From positions 97,217 to 161,216 of the forward strand of contig CAWFAI010000010.1 in assembly GCA_963813725.1 (NCBI GenBank): a DNA stretch of 64,000 nucleotides, given 5' to 3'. Origin of the DNA: an uncultured Solirubrobacterales bacterium (GTDB lineage Bacteria; Actinomycetota; Thermoleophilia; Solirubrobacterales; 70-9). The notes beneath the pieces were generated by a model. That model had not been told where the DNA came from, did not search any database, and saw nothing but the letters and a program-made list of their open reading frames with translations. Positions within the stretch are counted from its first letter, which is position 1. Each line of letters opens with the position of its first letter. Made by a program: the position numbers and the translations under genes. Positions 39,455 through 49,412 of the stretch are shown piece after piece.

Positions 39455-40755
39455 GTGACCGAGCAGCTCAGCTTCGACGACGCCCAGATCCTGCGCCTGG
39501 AGTCCGACGCGATCAAGGGCCACACCGGCAAGGTGCTGATGCTGGGCCCGATGCACGAGGGCGGCGCGCTCGACGCCGAGCGCCTGCGCGAGCGCGTCGC
39601 CGAGCGCATCGGGGCGCTGCCCCGGCTGCGCCGGCGAGTGGACGATCCGGCCGTCGCCCGCGCCCGCCTGGGTCGATGCCGACCCGGACCTCGCCTGGCA
39701 CGTCGCCGCAGGTCGTCCGACGCGAGCCGCTGGACGGACCGAGCTGCGGGCCCTGGCGGGCGAGCTGCTCGCCGAGCGCCTGGACCACGCGCGGCCGCTG
39801 TGGCGGATCGACGTGGCGCCGCTCGCCGGAGGCGGCACCGCCCTGATCGGCCGCATCCACCACGCCATGGCCGACGGCGTCACCGCCATCCGCATGCTCG
39901 GCGAGCTGCTCTGGGACCCCGCGCCCGAGGGACGCGCCGCCACGCCCGCGGCGGCGGCGCGCGGCACGACCGGCGGCGGCCGGCGCGACGCAGAGGCCGG
40001 CCGAGCCGCCGCGCCGCACGCGCATTCGAAGCGTCCCCGGCGCGATTCGCCGCGAGCTCCGCCCGGGAGCCGACACGGCGCTCGACCGCCACATCGGTCC
40101 CGGCCGCGAGGTCGCCTGGAGCGCCTTCCCCCTGGCCCGCCTGAAGGCGATCGAGCATGCGGCTGGAACTGGTGTGACCGTCAACGACGTCGTGCTGGCG
40201 ATCGTCGCCGGCGGCCTGCGCGCCTGGCTCGAGGGCGGCGGCGAGCGCGTCCGGGTCCAGATCCCCGTCAGCCTGCACAGCCGGGACGCCGCGCAAGGCG
40301 AGGCGGGCAACAGGGACTCGTTCCTGAACGTCGACCTGCCGCTGGGCGAGCCCGACCCGCTCGCCCGCCTGCGGGCCGTCAACTCCGAGACCAGCGTCCG
40401 CAAGCTCGACCACGACGCCGAGACGCTCTACGACTTCTTCCACGCGCTGGGGCGCTTCCGCCCTCTCTATGAGGGCGTCACCCGGCTCACCTCGGGCCCG
40501 CGCGAGTTCGCCCTCTCGGTCTCCAACGTCCCCGGCCCCCGCGAGCGCCCCTCGGTGCTGGGGCACGAGGTGAGCGGCCTCGTCTCATTCGCCGAGCCGG
40601 CCGACCGCCACGCCCTGCGCGTCTCGGTCGTCTCGCTGGGGGGCGACCTCGCCTTCGGGCTCTGCTCGGACCCCGATGCGATCGGCGACCTCGACCGGCT
40701 GGCCGCGGCGCTGGACGATTCGGTCGCCGAGCTGGAACGGGCCTGCGGAGGCTGA
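39455..40755 (+). pseudogene. Wax ester synthase/diacylglycerol acyltransferase (WS/DGAT), at least two frame disruptions
   Basis: Three tracked fragments share one gene. The first is the N-terminus TEQLSFDDAQILRLESD.. The second is the HHAMADG active-site block (39858-39878, ORF 39813). The third is the C-terminus in ORF 40174..40755 (NRDSFLNVDLPLG ... SVSNVPGP). Frame changes occur near 39656-39668 and 39930-39965. (1301-2) nt is a multiple of 3. Confidence 0.8.
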
Positions 40756-40756
40756 G

Positions 40757-41389
40757 TTGGCGGCGAAGAAAAAGACCAAGCTCGCCGAGTACGAACGTAA
40801 GCGCGACTTCTCCAAGACCGGCGAGCCCGCCGGTAAGCCCAAGCGCGGCGCGAAAAGCCCGAAGGCCAGGCGCCGGCATCCCCGCTTCGCGATCCAGAAG
40901 CACGCGGCGACCTCGCTTCACTACGACCTGCGCCTGGAGATCGGCGGCACCCTCGCATCGTGGGCGATTCCCAAGGGCCCCTCGCTCGACCCGCGCGACA
41001 AGCGCCTGGCGATGCGCACCGAGGACCACCCGCTCGAGTACCTGAGCTGGGAGGGCGTGATCCCCAAGGGCGAGTACGGCGGCGGCGAGATGATCGTCTG
41101 GGACCGCGGCGTGTTCGAGAACATCTCCAAGACCCGCAGCGGCCGCCCGCTCGACCTCGAGGAGGCCCTGGAGGCGGGCGACCTGAAGCTGTTCCTGCTG
41201 GGCGAGAAGGTCAAGGGGCCCTACGCGCTGGTCAGGACCTCGGACCCCGGCGACCGCGAGCAGTGGCTGCTGATCAAGAAGAAGGGCGAGGGCGCCGACG
41301 CCCGCCGCCGGCCCACCTCCACCCAGCCGGAGTCGGTGCTCTCCGGCAAGACGATCGAGGATCTGAAGGGATGGCGAAAGAAGCGCTGA
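40757..41389 (+). CDS. Stand-alone LigD 3'-phosphoesterase (PE) domain protein
   Basis: TTG 40757 lies just after the WS/DGAT stop. EYERKRDFSKTGEP, FAIQKHAATSLHYDLRLE, SWAIPKGPS and EDHPLEY are LigD-PE signatures. Confidence 0.85.
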   Translation: MAAKKKTKLAEYERKRDFSKTGEPAGKPKRGAKSPKARRRHPRFAIQKHAATSLHYDLRLEIGGTLASWAIPKGPSLDPRDKRLAMRTEDHPLEYLSWEGVIPKGEYGGGEMIVWDRGVFENISKTRSGRPLDLEEALEAGDLKLFLLGEKVKGPYALVRTSDPGDREQWLLIKKKGEGADARRRPTSTQPESVLSGKTIEDLKGWRKKR

Positions 41390-41408
41390 CCCGCGCTACG
41401 CTCAGGCC

Positions 41409-42875
41409 ATGAGCACGGTCGCGGACGCCCAGACGCTCCACAACTTCATCGGCGGCGAGTTCACGCAGGCCGCGGTCGACTCGACGCTCGAGGACCGCGA
41501 CCCCGCCACCGCCGAGCTGACGGCATACGTGCCGCTCTCGGGCCAGGGCGACGTCGAGCAGGCCGTGCGCGCCGCGCGCGAGGCGTTCCCGGCTTGGCGC
41601 GGGACTCCGGTGCCGCAGCGCGCACGCGCGGTGATGGCGCTGCGCGAGGCCCTGGACGAGCACCGCGAGGAGCTGGCGGCGCTGGTCACCGCCGACATGG
41701 GCAAGACCATCGACGACGCGGCCGGCGAGGTCGGCCGCGGGATCGAGTCGGTCGAGTCCGCGATCGCCATCCCCCATCTGATGAAGGGCGAGAACCTGGA
41801 GGGCGTCGCCAAGGGCCTCGACGTGGAGATGGTGCGCCAGCCCGTCGGTGTCGTGGCCGCGATCACCCCGTTCAACTTCCCCGCGATGATCCCGCTCTGG
41901 TTCCTGCCCTACGCGGTCGCCTGCGGCAACACCTTCATCCTCAAGCCCTCCGAGCGCGACCCGCGGACCTCGCAGCGCATCTTCGAGCTGATCGCCGAGC
42001 GCGAGATCTTCCCGCCCGGCGTCGTCAACCTCATCCACGGCGCCCGCGACGCCGTCACCGCCATCCTCGACAGCCCCGGCATCGACGCGATCAGCTTCGT
42101 CGGCCAGGCAACGACGGCCCGCTTCGTCGCCACCCGCGGGGCCGAGACCGGCAAGCGCGTGCAGGCGCTGGGCGGCGCCAAGAACTCGCTCGTCGTGATG
42201 CCGGACGCCGACCTGTCCAAGTCGGTGCCGGCGATCATGCAGTCCTCCTTCGGGGCCGCCGGGCAGCGCTGCCTGGCGGGATCGGTGCTGGTCGCGGTCG
42301 GCGACCAGGCCCGTCAGGACGAGGTCCGCGACGCATTGCGCGCCGCCGCCGAGGCCGAGCTCAAGGTCGGCGCCGGCTCGGACCCCGAGACGGACGTCTG
42401 CCCGATGGTCGGCCCCGACTCGCGCGAGCGCGCCGAGCGCATGGTGGGCGAGGCCGTGGACGGCGGCGCCGAGCTGGTCCTCGACGGCCGCATCGACGGC
42501 GGCGAGGGCGGTTCGTTCCTGGAGCCGACCATCGTCGAGACCGACGACCACGAGTCCGACATGGCCCGCGAGGAGATCTTCGGCCCCGTGCTCGCCTTCG
42601 TCCGCGCCGGCGACCTGGACGAGGCCCTCGAGTTCGTCAACGGCTCGCGCTACGGCAACTCCGGTTCCATCTTCACGCAGTCCGGCGACGCCGCCCGCTC
42701 ATACCGCTACGGCGTCGAGGCGGGCATGCTCGGCGTCAACATCGGCGTCCCCGCACCGGTCGCCTGGTTCCCCTTCTCGGGCTGGAAGGACTCCCTGGAC
42801 GGCGACCTGCACGCCAACGGCACCGACGCCGTCGAGTTCTACACGCGCAAGAAGGTCGTCACGGCTCGCTGGTAG
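41409..42875 (+). CDS. mmsA: CoA-acylating methylmalonate-semialdehyde dehydrogenase
   Basis: 488 aa. ITPFNFPAMIPLWFLPYAVACGNTFILKPSERDP and the catalytic-Cys region AGQRCLAG are present. Confidence 0.85.
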   Translation: MSTVADAQTLHNFIGGEFTQAAVDSTLEDRDPATAELTAYVPLSGQGDVEQAVRAAREAFPAWRGTPVPQRARAVMALREALDEHREELAALVTADMGKTIDDAAGEVGRGIESVESAIAIPHLMKGENLEGVAKGLDVEMVRQPVGVVAAITPFNFPAMIPLWFLPYAVACGNTFILKPSERDPRTSQRIFELIAEREIFPPGVVNLIHGARDAVTAILDSPGIDAISFVGQATTARFVATRGAETGKRVQALGGAKNSLVVMPDADLSKSVPAIMQSSFGAAGQRCLAGSVLVAVGDQARQDEVRDALRAAAEAELKVGAGSDPETDVCPMVGPDSRERAERMVGEAVDGGAELVLDGRIDGGEGGSFLEPTIVETDDHESDMAREEIFGPVLAFVRAGDLDEALEFVNGSRYGNSGSIFTQSGDAARSYRYGVEAGMLGVNIGVPAPVAWFPFSGWKDSLDGDLHANGTDAVEFYTRKKVVTARW

Positions 42876-42904
42876 CGCCGGTCATGGCGGTGGCGCGCTG
42901 GTAG

Positions 42905-43702
42905 CTAGCGCGGCTCGGGGTAGTTCGGTTCGATGATGCCGAGCGCCGCACCCTGGGGGTCGGTGAAGACCGCCAGCTTGCCGATGGGGATCTCGGTCAC
43001 CGGGACCATCACCTGGCCGCCGCCCTCGCTGGTCATCTTCACGGCATCGTCCGCGTTCTCGACGCAGAAATAGGCCGTCCAGTTCGGGGGCACGCCCGGG
43101 GGCATCTGCTCGCCCATCTCCGCCGCGCCGGCGATGCCCTCGTCCCATTTCTGGCCCTTCACCTGCCACATGAAGAACGGCAGCTCGGGCGGGGACTCCT
43201 CGGCTCTCTCCAGCGTCCAGCCGAAGACGTCGCCGTAGAACCTCTTGGCGCCCTCCAGGTCCGGGGTCGTGAGGTGGTTCCAGGTCCAGGTGCCGACCTC
43301 GTTCACGAGCCGAGCCCCGGGGGTCTCGTTCGGCTGCCAGATGCTGAAGAAGGCGCCCTGCGGGTCGTGGCAGACCGCCATCCGGCCCGCGGTGGCGACG
43401 TCGAACGGATCGACGAAGACGGTTCCCCCGGCCTCCTTCACCTTGGCGGCGGTCGCGTCGGCGTCCTCGACGCTGACGTAGCTCGACCAGGCCGGAGGGT
43501 GCTGCTCGTCCTGGAGCGGGCCCATGCCGCCGACGACCTTGCCCCGCTGGCTGAACATGCCATAGCCGCCGAATTCCTCGGCCCCTTGCTCCCAGTCGAC
43601 CCCGAGCAGCTCGTTGTAGTACTCGGCGCCGGCCTCGGTGCTGGGGACGGCCAGGTCGACCCAGCAGAACTCGCCGGGGTTGTAGCCGTCACGCTCGCTC
43701 AT
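42905..43702 (-). CDS. VOC family protein (tandem glyoxalase-like domains)
   Basis: 265 aa. Two repeats of the FCWVDL../..FGW.. beta-alpha-beta-beta-beta module. Confidence 0.8.
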   Translation of the reverse strand: MSERDGYNPGEFCWVDLAVPSTEAGAEYYNELLGVDWEQGAEEFGGYGMFSQRGKVVGGMGPLQDEQHPPAWSSYVSVEDADATAAKVKEAGGTVFVDPFDVATAGRMAVCHDPQGAFFSIWQPNETPGARLVNEVGTWTWNHLTTPDLEGAKRFYGDVFGWTLERAEESPPELPFFMWQVKGQKWDEGIAGAAEMGEQMPPGVPPNWTAYFCVENADDAVKMTSEGGGQVMVPVTEIPIGKLAVFTDPQGAALGIIEPNYPEPR

Positions 43703-43738
43703 GCTCGCCTCCTGGGATCAGGGTCGGGAGGGCCAACA

Positions 43739-44554
43739 CTACGCCTGGGCGGCGGCCGCTTGTTGCGCGTCGGTGACCGTTCCCTCCAGGATCACGCGGG
43801 TCACGAGGTCGGGGTCATCCCATGTGGGCACGTGGCCGCAGCCCTCCAGCACGACCTGTCGCACGCCGTCGGGCAGGACGCCGTCCGCCAGGGGCCGGTT
43901 GCGAACCAGGCGGTCGAACTCGGCCCACCCGATCGTCAGCGGAACCCCGAGGTCCGAGAGATCGCCGATGGTGCCGGCGCGCATCAGGCGACTCGACTCG
44001 GGGTAGCCCCGGGCGGAGCCGTATCCCTGAACCAACGCGATCGCGTCGGCCAGCGGGACGCGCTCGGGGTGGTGGACGTTGCCGGCCAGCGCACGGTGGC
44101 GCAGGCCCCGGATCCGCAGGGCGAGAGGCATCAGGGGACGCATCGCCCTGGCGAGGTCGTAGGCCGTGTTGCGCCGAGGTTGCAGAGGCTCGCGCCAGAA
44201 GCCGGCCGGGGAGAGGGCGACAACCGAGTCCACCCCGCCCTGGCGCCCGCACTCGATCGACACCCAGGAGCCCAGCGAGATCCCCGCGACGCCCGGCTTG
44301 GAGCCCAGGCCCAGGCCCTCGACGAACGCCAGCACGGCGGCCGCCAGGCTGCGCGCCGTCGGCTCCACGCCATCGGACATCTCCGGCGAGCGCCCGAAGC
44401 CGGGCATGTCCACGGCGATCACGTCGCGGCTGCGGGCCAGGCGGTCGATCACCGGGTTCCACTGCGCCAGGGTGCCCCCCAGCGAATGCAGCAGGAGCAG
44501 CGGCTCGCCGCTGCCCCGGCGAACGTGGTTCAGCTCCGGGCTCGGCGGCGTCAC
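43739..44554 (-). CDS. Alpha/beta hydrolase
   Basis: HSLGG oxyanion region, nucleophile elbow GISLGS, C-terminal GCGHVP. GTG 44554 overlaps the GNAT stop (GTGA). The tracked start at 44578 is also possible. Confidence 0.8.
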   Translation of the reverse strand: MTPPSPELNHVRRGSGEPLLLLHSLGGTLAQWNPVIDRLARSRDVIAVDMPGFGRSPEMSDGVEPTARSLAAAVLAFVEGLGLGSKPGVAGISLGSWVSIECGRQGGVDSVVALSPAGFWREPLQPRRNTAYDLARAMRPLMPLALRIRGLRHRALAGNVHHPERVPLADAIALVQGYGSARGYPESSRLMRAGTIGDLSDLGVPLTIGWAEFDRLVRNRPLADGVLPDGVRQVVLEGCGHVPTWDDPDLVTRVILEGTVTDAQQAAAAQA

Positions 44555-45060
44555 AGCTCCAGCTCGTACTCGATCCACTCCGAGCGCTGGGCCCCGCTGC
44601 GGTCATAGACCTTGTGGGCGCGGTGGTTGTCGGGCGCGGTCATCCAGCCCAGCGACGAGATGCCGAGCTCGCGGCAGCGCTCGGCGCAGCGCTGGATCAG
44701 GGCGTCGGCGACTCCCTTGCCGCGCGCCTCGGGATCGACGAACAGGTCCTCGAGGTGGGCGACCCGGGCGCCCGCGGTGCTGGCCCACTTCCAGTCCATC
44801 ACCGCGAAGCCGATCAGGGACCCGTCCTCCTCGGCTACGTAGATGCTGCCCTGGCCGCGCCGCCCCTGGCCGCGCCCGCCCTCGTCCGGGTCACCGGCGA
44901 CGGTCCGCGCCAGCTCCAGCAGCCCCGAGTCCGGCGGATCGACCTCGTAGTGGTCGCAATAGCCGCGCAGCAGCGGCAAGAGCCCATCGGCGTCCTCGAC
45001 CCGCGCCTCGCGGATCTCGACGCCCTCGGCCAGCGGACGGGGCTTGATCTCATCGGCCAT
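44551..45060 (-). CDS. GNAT family N-acetyltransferase
   Basis: 169 aa. LFVDPEARGKGVADALIQ is the acetyl-CoA binding motif A. Confidence 0.85.
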   Translation of the reverse strand: MADEIKPRPLAEGVEIREARVEDADGLLPLLRGYCDHYEVDPPDSGLLELARTVAGDPDEGGRGQGRRGQGSIYVAEEDGSLIGFAVMDWKWASTAGARVAHLEDLFVDPEARGKGVADALIQRCAERCRELGISSLGWMTAPDNHRAHKVYDRSGAQRSEWIEYELEL

Positions 45061-45074
45061 CCCGGTATGGAATC

Positions 45075-45100
45075 ACGGACGCTCAGCACGGACGCTCAGC
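45075..45100. repeat. Perfect 13-nt tandem duplication acggacgctcagc x2
   Basis: Read directly at 45075-45087 and 45088-45100. The second copy contains the stop codon (45096-45098) of the minus-strand FAD oxidoreductase gene. Confidence 0.9.
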
Positions 45101-46497
45101 GCCCGATGTGAAAGCCGATCCGCTCGGGGATCGCGGCCAGGCCGCGGTGGATCGCGGGCGCGATGCTCTCCTCCTCCTCGGCCGCCTCCTTGGCCAAGAG
45201 GCCCGCGCGGATCGCGTTGCCACCGAGCCAGCCCGGCAGCCCGCCCGGGACGCGCCCGGGGCTCGGCTCGACCAGGGCTAGGCGGGTGCGCTCGTCGCGG
45301 CGGTCGAGGGCGAGGGAGGCGAGTACTCCGCCCAGCAGATAAGCGGGGCCGACGCCGTTGCCGGTGTAGCCGAAGGCGCCGTGGACGGCGTCGGAGCCGA
45401 CCTGGGTGACCACGGGAAGGTGGGTGGGCGAGACGTCTATCGCGCCGCCCCAAGCGTGGCTGATCGAGCGGCCCTCGAGGCCGGGGAAGAAGGAACGCAG
45501 ATCGGCGACAACCTGGTCCACGACCACGCGGTCGAATTCGGTGAGGCCGCCGAGGCGGGCGCCGCAGGCGATCCGGCCGCCGCCCCAGCCGAAGGCGATG
45601 CGCCCGTCGGGGGTGGTGCGCAGGTAGTGCAGCATCGCGCGACTGTCGGTGATGCACTCTCCCCCGGTCCAACCGGCCTCCTCAAGCACGTCGGGGACGG
45701 GCTCGGTGATCGCCATGTGGCTCGAGGTGACCGTGAGCCGGTTGCGGAAGGGCGATCCCGCGGCGTTGCTGGCAGCCCCCACCGCCAGCGCGCAGGAGCG
45801 CGCCCGGACGGTGGCCGAGGGGGTCTCGGCGACGCAGCCCCAAGGGCCCGCGGTGAGGCGGCGCATCGGCGACTGCTCAAAGACCCTGACGTTGGGCAGG
45901 CTCGCGACCCGGTCGCGCAGGCCGAGCGCAAGCCGGGCCGGCTGCACGGTCGCGGCGCCGGGGAAGAAGGCGCCGGCGCGGAAGCGCGGCGAGCGGCAGA
46001 TCCTCGCCACCTCCTCCGCGCTCAGCTCGCGCGCCGCCTCGGGCTCGCCGAGCTCGTGGCAGAGGGCGACGGCCTCGGACCAGACGCCGTCCTGGGCGGG
46101 GGCGGCGGAGAGCAGCAGGTAGCCGGCGCGCTTGTACCAGGCGTCCACCTCCTGCTCGGAGCAGAAGCGCCCGATCTCCTCGACCGCGTCCTTCGCCGCT
46201 CGCGCGATCGCGAGCGCGCGCCCGGGCCCGTAGCGGTCGCGAAGCAGCGGCAGCGCGAACCAGATCTCGTTGACGAAGCCGCCGTTGCGGCCGCTGGGGC
46301 CGTGGCCGCAGCGCATCCGCCTCGAGCACGACCACGCGCGCCTCGGGCTCGAGCTCGGCCAGGCGCCAGGCGGTCCACAGGCCCGTGTAGCCCCCGCCGA
46401 CCACGAGCACGTCGCAGTCGAGCGCGCCCTCGGCCACGGGGAGGGCGTCGTGGGGGCCGGCCTCGGCCAGCCAGTAGCCGTGGGGATCGTGCCTCAT
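45096..46497 (-). pseudogene. FAD-dependent oxidoreductase (DAO family), frameshifted
   Basis: The N-terminus MRHDPHGYWL..CDVLVVGGGYTGLWTA..VVVLEAD is in ORF 45877..46497. The frame changes near 46314 to RCGHGPSGRNGGF.. (ORF 45096..46316). (1402-1) nt is a multiple of 3. Confidence 0.8.
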
Positions 46498-46540
46498 GAG
46501 GCGAGGAGGCTACGCGTCGGCGGCGAATAGCAACGGCCTG

Positions 46541-47746
46541 ATGCCCAAGGGTGCTGAGCTGACTGCACGCTCGATCGCGCGCACGGTCCTGATCGTGGTC
46601 GCCGTGCTGCTCACCATGTACGTCCTCTACCTGCTGCGCAAGCCGATCAGCTGGCTGATCATCGCGGCCTTCATCGCCGTCGCCGCTGCCGGACCCGTGA
46701 ACGTGCTGCAGCGCCGCATGAAGCGCGGCTTCGCGATCGCGATCGTCTACCTGGTGATCATCCTGATCCCGATCGGGCTCAGCGCGCTGCTCGTGCCCCC
46801 GATCGTCGGCGAGGTCGAGGACGTGGCGAACAACGCGCCCGAGTACGCCCAGGACGTCGAGGACTACGTCAACAAGAACGAGACGCTCCAGAACCTCAAC
46901 GACGACTACGACATCACCACAAAGCTGCAGGAGGAGGCCGAGAAGCTGCCCGAGCGAATCCCCGACGCCGCGGGGGCGCTGAGCGACATCGGTGTCGGCT
47001 TCGTCAACTCGATCTTCGCCGCGGTCACGATCCTGATCCTGAGCGTGTTCATGGTCGCCGGCGGGCCGCGGTGGGTGAGCGGCTTCGTCGAGGCCCAGCG
47101 GCCCGAGCACTCCCAGCGCATCGAGCGAACCCTGCAGCGGATCGCCAACGCCGTCGGCAACTACGTGGGCGGCGCCCTGTTGCAGGCGACAATCGCCGGC
47201 GTCACCGCCTTCATCGTGCTGACGATCCTCGGCGCTCCGTTCGCGGGGCCGCTGGCACTGCTCGTCTTCTTCTTCGACCTGATCCCTGTGGTCGGCGCGA
47301 CGATCGCGGCATTCCTGGTCGCGATCGTGATGGTCTTCGTCAACTTCCCGATCGCCCTGATCATCTGGGTCGTGTTCGCGATCGCCTACCAGCAGTTCGA
47401 GAACTACGTGATCCAGCCCCAGATCCAGAAGCGCGCGACCGAGATCGACCCCTTCCTGGTGTTGGTGGCGGTGCTCTTCGGGTCGACCCTGTTCGGCGTC
47501 ATCGGCGCCATCCTCGCGATCCCCGCCGCGGCGGCGATCCTGATCACGTTCAGCGAGTGGCGCCGTTACCTGCGCGATTCGGGCGAGGGCCCCAGCGCGA
47601 TCATGCCCGGCGGACCGGGGCCGCCGCCCCCGCCGCCCCCGCCTCCTCCTCGAACCGAGCCACCGCAGGGCACCGAGGGCCCCTCCACTCCCTCATCGTC
47701 ATCGCGTCTGAAGCGCTGGTTCGGCCGCGGCCCCAGCACCGCCTAG
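46541..47746 (+). CDS. AI-2E family transporter (PerM/UPF0118)
   Basis: About 8 helices. FFDLIPVVGATIA and the QQFENYVIQPQI blocks are present. Pro-rich tail. ATG 46541 is preferred over the tracked 46496. Confidence 0.85.
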   Translation: MPKGAELTARSIARTVLIVVAVLLTMYVLYLLRKPISWLIIAAFIAVAAAGPVNVLQRRMKRGFAIAIVYLVIILIPIGLSALLVPPIVGEVEDVANNAPEYAQDVEDYVNKNETLQNLNDDYDITTKLQEEAEKLPERIPDAAGALSDIGVGFVNSIFAAVTILILSVFMVAGGPRWVSGFVEAQRPEHSQRIERTLQRIANAVGNYVGGALLQATIAGVTAFIVLTILGAPFAGPLALLVFFFDLIPVVGATIAAFLVAIVMVFVNFPIALIIWVVFAIAYQQFENYVIQPQIQKRATEIDPFLVLVAVLFGSTLFGVIGAILAIPAAAAILITFSEWRRYLRDSGEGPSAIMPGGPGPPPPPPPPPPRTEPPQGTEGPSTPSSSSRLKRWFGRGPSTA

Positions 47747-48756
47747 GGCCGCAGCAGCACCTTCAGCTGCTCGGTTCCCGGGCTGCTCAGCTCGTCGAAC
47801 ATCTCCTGCGCGCGGCCCAGCGGGACGACGTCGGTGATCACCTCGGCCGCGGGCAGATTCCCCGAGGCCAGCAGCTCGATCGCGCGCTCGAAGTCCTCGC
47901 GGCGGTAGGCGAAGGCGCCGCGGATCCGGGCCTCTTTCATGATCAGCAGCAGCTGGTTGATCGGGACCGGCTCCTCCAGCACCCCGCAGGCGACGATCGT
48001 GCCGGCCGGGGCGACCAGCTCCAGCGCCAGGCCCAGCGCCGAGGGATGGCCGGCGCACTCGAACACCGCCGCCGGCAGCTCGCCGTCGAGCCGGGCGATC
48101 AGCGCCTCGTGCACCCCCTCGAGCGGGATCGCGGTGAAGCCGAGCGCCTCGATGCGCTCGCGGCGGTGCTCGCCGGGCTCGACCACGACGATCCGCTCGG
48201 CGCCGGCCGCGCGCAGCGCCAGCGCCGTCATCACCCCGATCGGCCCGGCCCCCAGCACGCAGACGGAATCGCCCGTGCCGACCTCGGCCAGCGTCGCCGC
48301 GTGCACGCCGACCGCCAGCGGCTCGACCAGCGCTCCGTGCTCGTCGCTGACCGAGTCGGGCAGCGCGAACAGGCTGTCGGCAGAGACGACGACGCGCTCG
48401 GCGTAGGCGCCCGGCCGCCCGCCCAGGCCGTGTCCCCGGATGACTCCCTGCATGCAGAGGTGCTCCTCGTCTGCCAGGCACTGGGGGCACTCGCCGCAGG
48501 GCGTCCCCGGCAGCACCGAGACGCGGTCGCCCTCGGACCAGCCCTCGACCCCCTCCCCGATCGCGGAGATGCTGCCCGAGAACTCGTGCCCCATCACTGA
48601 CCCGGGCGCAATCGCCGGCGAGGGCAGCATGTGCAGGTCAGAGCCGCAGATACCGCAGAAGGCGACGTCGACCACGACCTCGCCCGCGTCCGGCTGGGGA
48701 TCGGGCAATTCGCCCTCGGCCAATCCTCTCTCGTCTGTCACCTGGACCGCTCGCAT
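47743..48756 (-). CDS. Zinc-dependent alcohol/polyol dehydrogenase (MDR family)
   Basis: [15 protein letters not shown], the structural-zinc CGECPQC...C motif and GAGPIG are present. Confidence 0.9.
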   Translation of the reverse strand: MRAVQVTDERGLAEGELPDPQPDAGEVVVDVAFCGICGSDLHMLPSPAIAPGSVMGHEFSGSISAIGEGVEGWSEGDRVSVLPGTPCGECPQCLADEEHLCMQGVIRGHGLGGRPGAYAERVVVSADSLFALPDSVSDEHGALVEPLAVGVHAATLAEVGTGDSVCVLGAGPIGVMTALALRAAGAERIVVVEPGEHRRERIEALGFTAIPLEGVHEALIARLDGELPAAVFECAGHPSALGLALELVAPAGTIVACGVLEEPVPINQLLLIMKEARIRGAFAYRREDFERAIELLASGNLPAAEVITDVVPLGRAQEMFDELSSPGTEQLKVLLRP

Positions 48757-48789
48757 CGGCGGCCTCAGACTATCCGCGCAGCGCCTCGG

Positions 48790-49299
48790 TCAGGGTCCGG
48801 TGACGTCGCCGTGCTCGATCGCGGCCTCGAGGATCGCCTTCAGCTTGCGCTGGTCGGCCTCGGGCAGATCAGCCAGCCACGGCGGCGGCTCGGCCAGGCG
48901 CTTGGTCACCTCGGCCCGGATCTTCTCGCCCTCTTCGGTGAGGACGAGCATCTTCACGCGGCGGTCCTTTTCGCCCGGCTCCCGCCGGACGAGGCCGCGC
49001 TCCTCGAGCCGGTCGGTGATGCCGGTGACGTTGGAGCTGTCGCACATCAGGTAGCGGGCGAGCTCGCCCATCGGCCGCGGGCCACCGCCGAGGATCCTCA
49101 GCGCGATCGCCTGCTGGGGCGCCAGGTCGAACTCCTGGTTGATCGCCATCCACCTGGGCTTGCTGGAGATCATCAGCCAGTGGAGCAGGCTCCAGGCCTG
49201 GCTGGCGGGATCGGTGCGCCCCGTCTCCTCTGCCAGCCACGAGAACGCGGCCTGCTTGGCCTCGGCCGCCTTGCTTGTTGTCGCCTCTTCGGTGCCCAT
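48790..49299 (-). CDS. MarR family transcriptional regulator
   Basis: ATG 49299 lies inside the tracked ORF. Winged-helix region GELARYLMCDSSNVTGITDRLEERGLVRREPGEKDRRVKMLVLT. Confidence 0.85.
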   Translation of the reverse strand: MGTEEATTSKAAEAKQAAFSWLAEETGRTDPASQAWSLLHWLMISSKPRWMAINQEFDLAPQQAIALRILGGGPRPMGELARYLMCDSSNVTGITDRLEERGLVRREPGEKDRRVKMLVLTEEGEKIRAEVTKRLAEPPPWLADLPEADQRKLKAILEAAIEHGDVTGP

Positions 49300-49319
49300 T
49301 TGCTGAGATACTACCAGTA

Positions 49320-49337
49320 GTTCAACAATTGTGGTAC
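49320..49337. promoter_or_regulatory. Imperfect palindrome GTTCAACAATTGTGGTAC in the AT-rich MarR/ABC divergent intergenic region (operator candidate)
   Basis: 14 of 18 positions are self-complementary around the CAATTG centre. It sits in a local AT-rich island between divergent starts at 49299 and 49413. Confidence 0.3.
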
Positions 49338-49412
49338 TCAAATATTGTGCTAGTCTGCCATCCGTATTGGCAAAGACTTCTGCCCACAAGCATATGGAAG
49401 GAGCCGGAGCGT

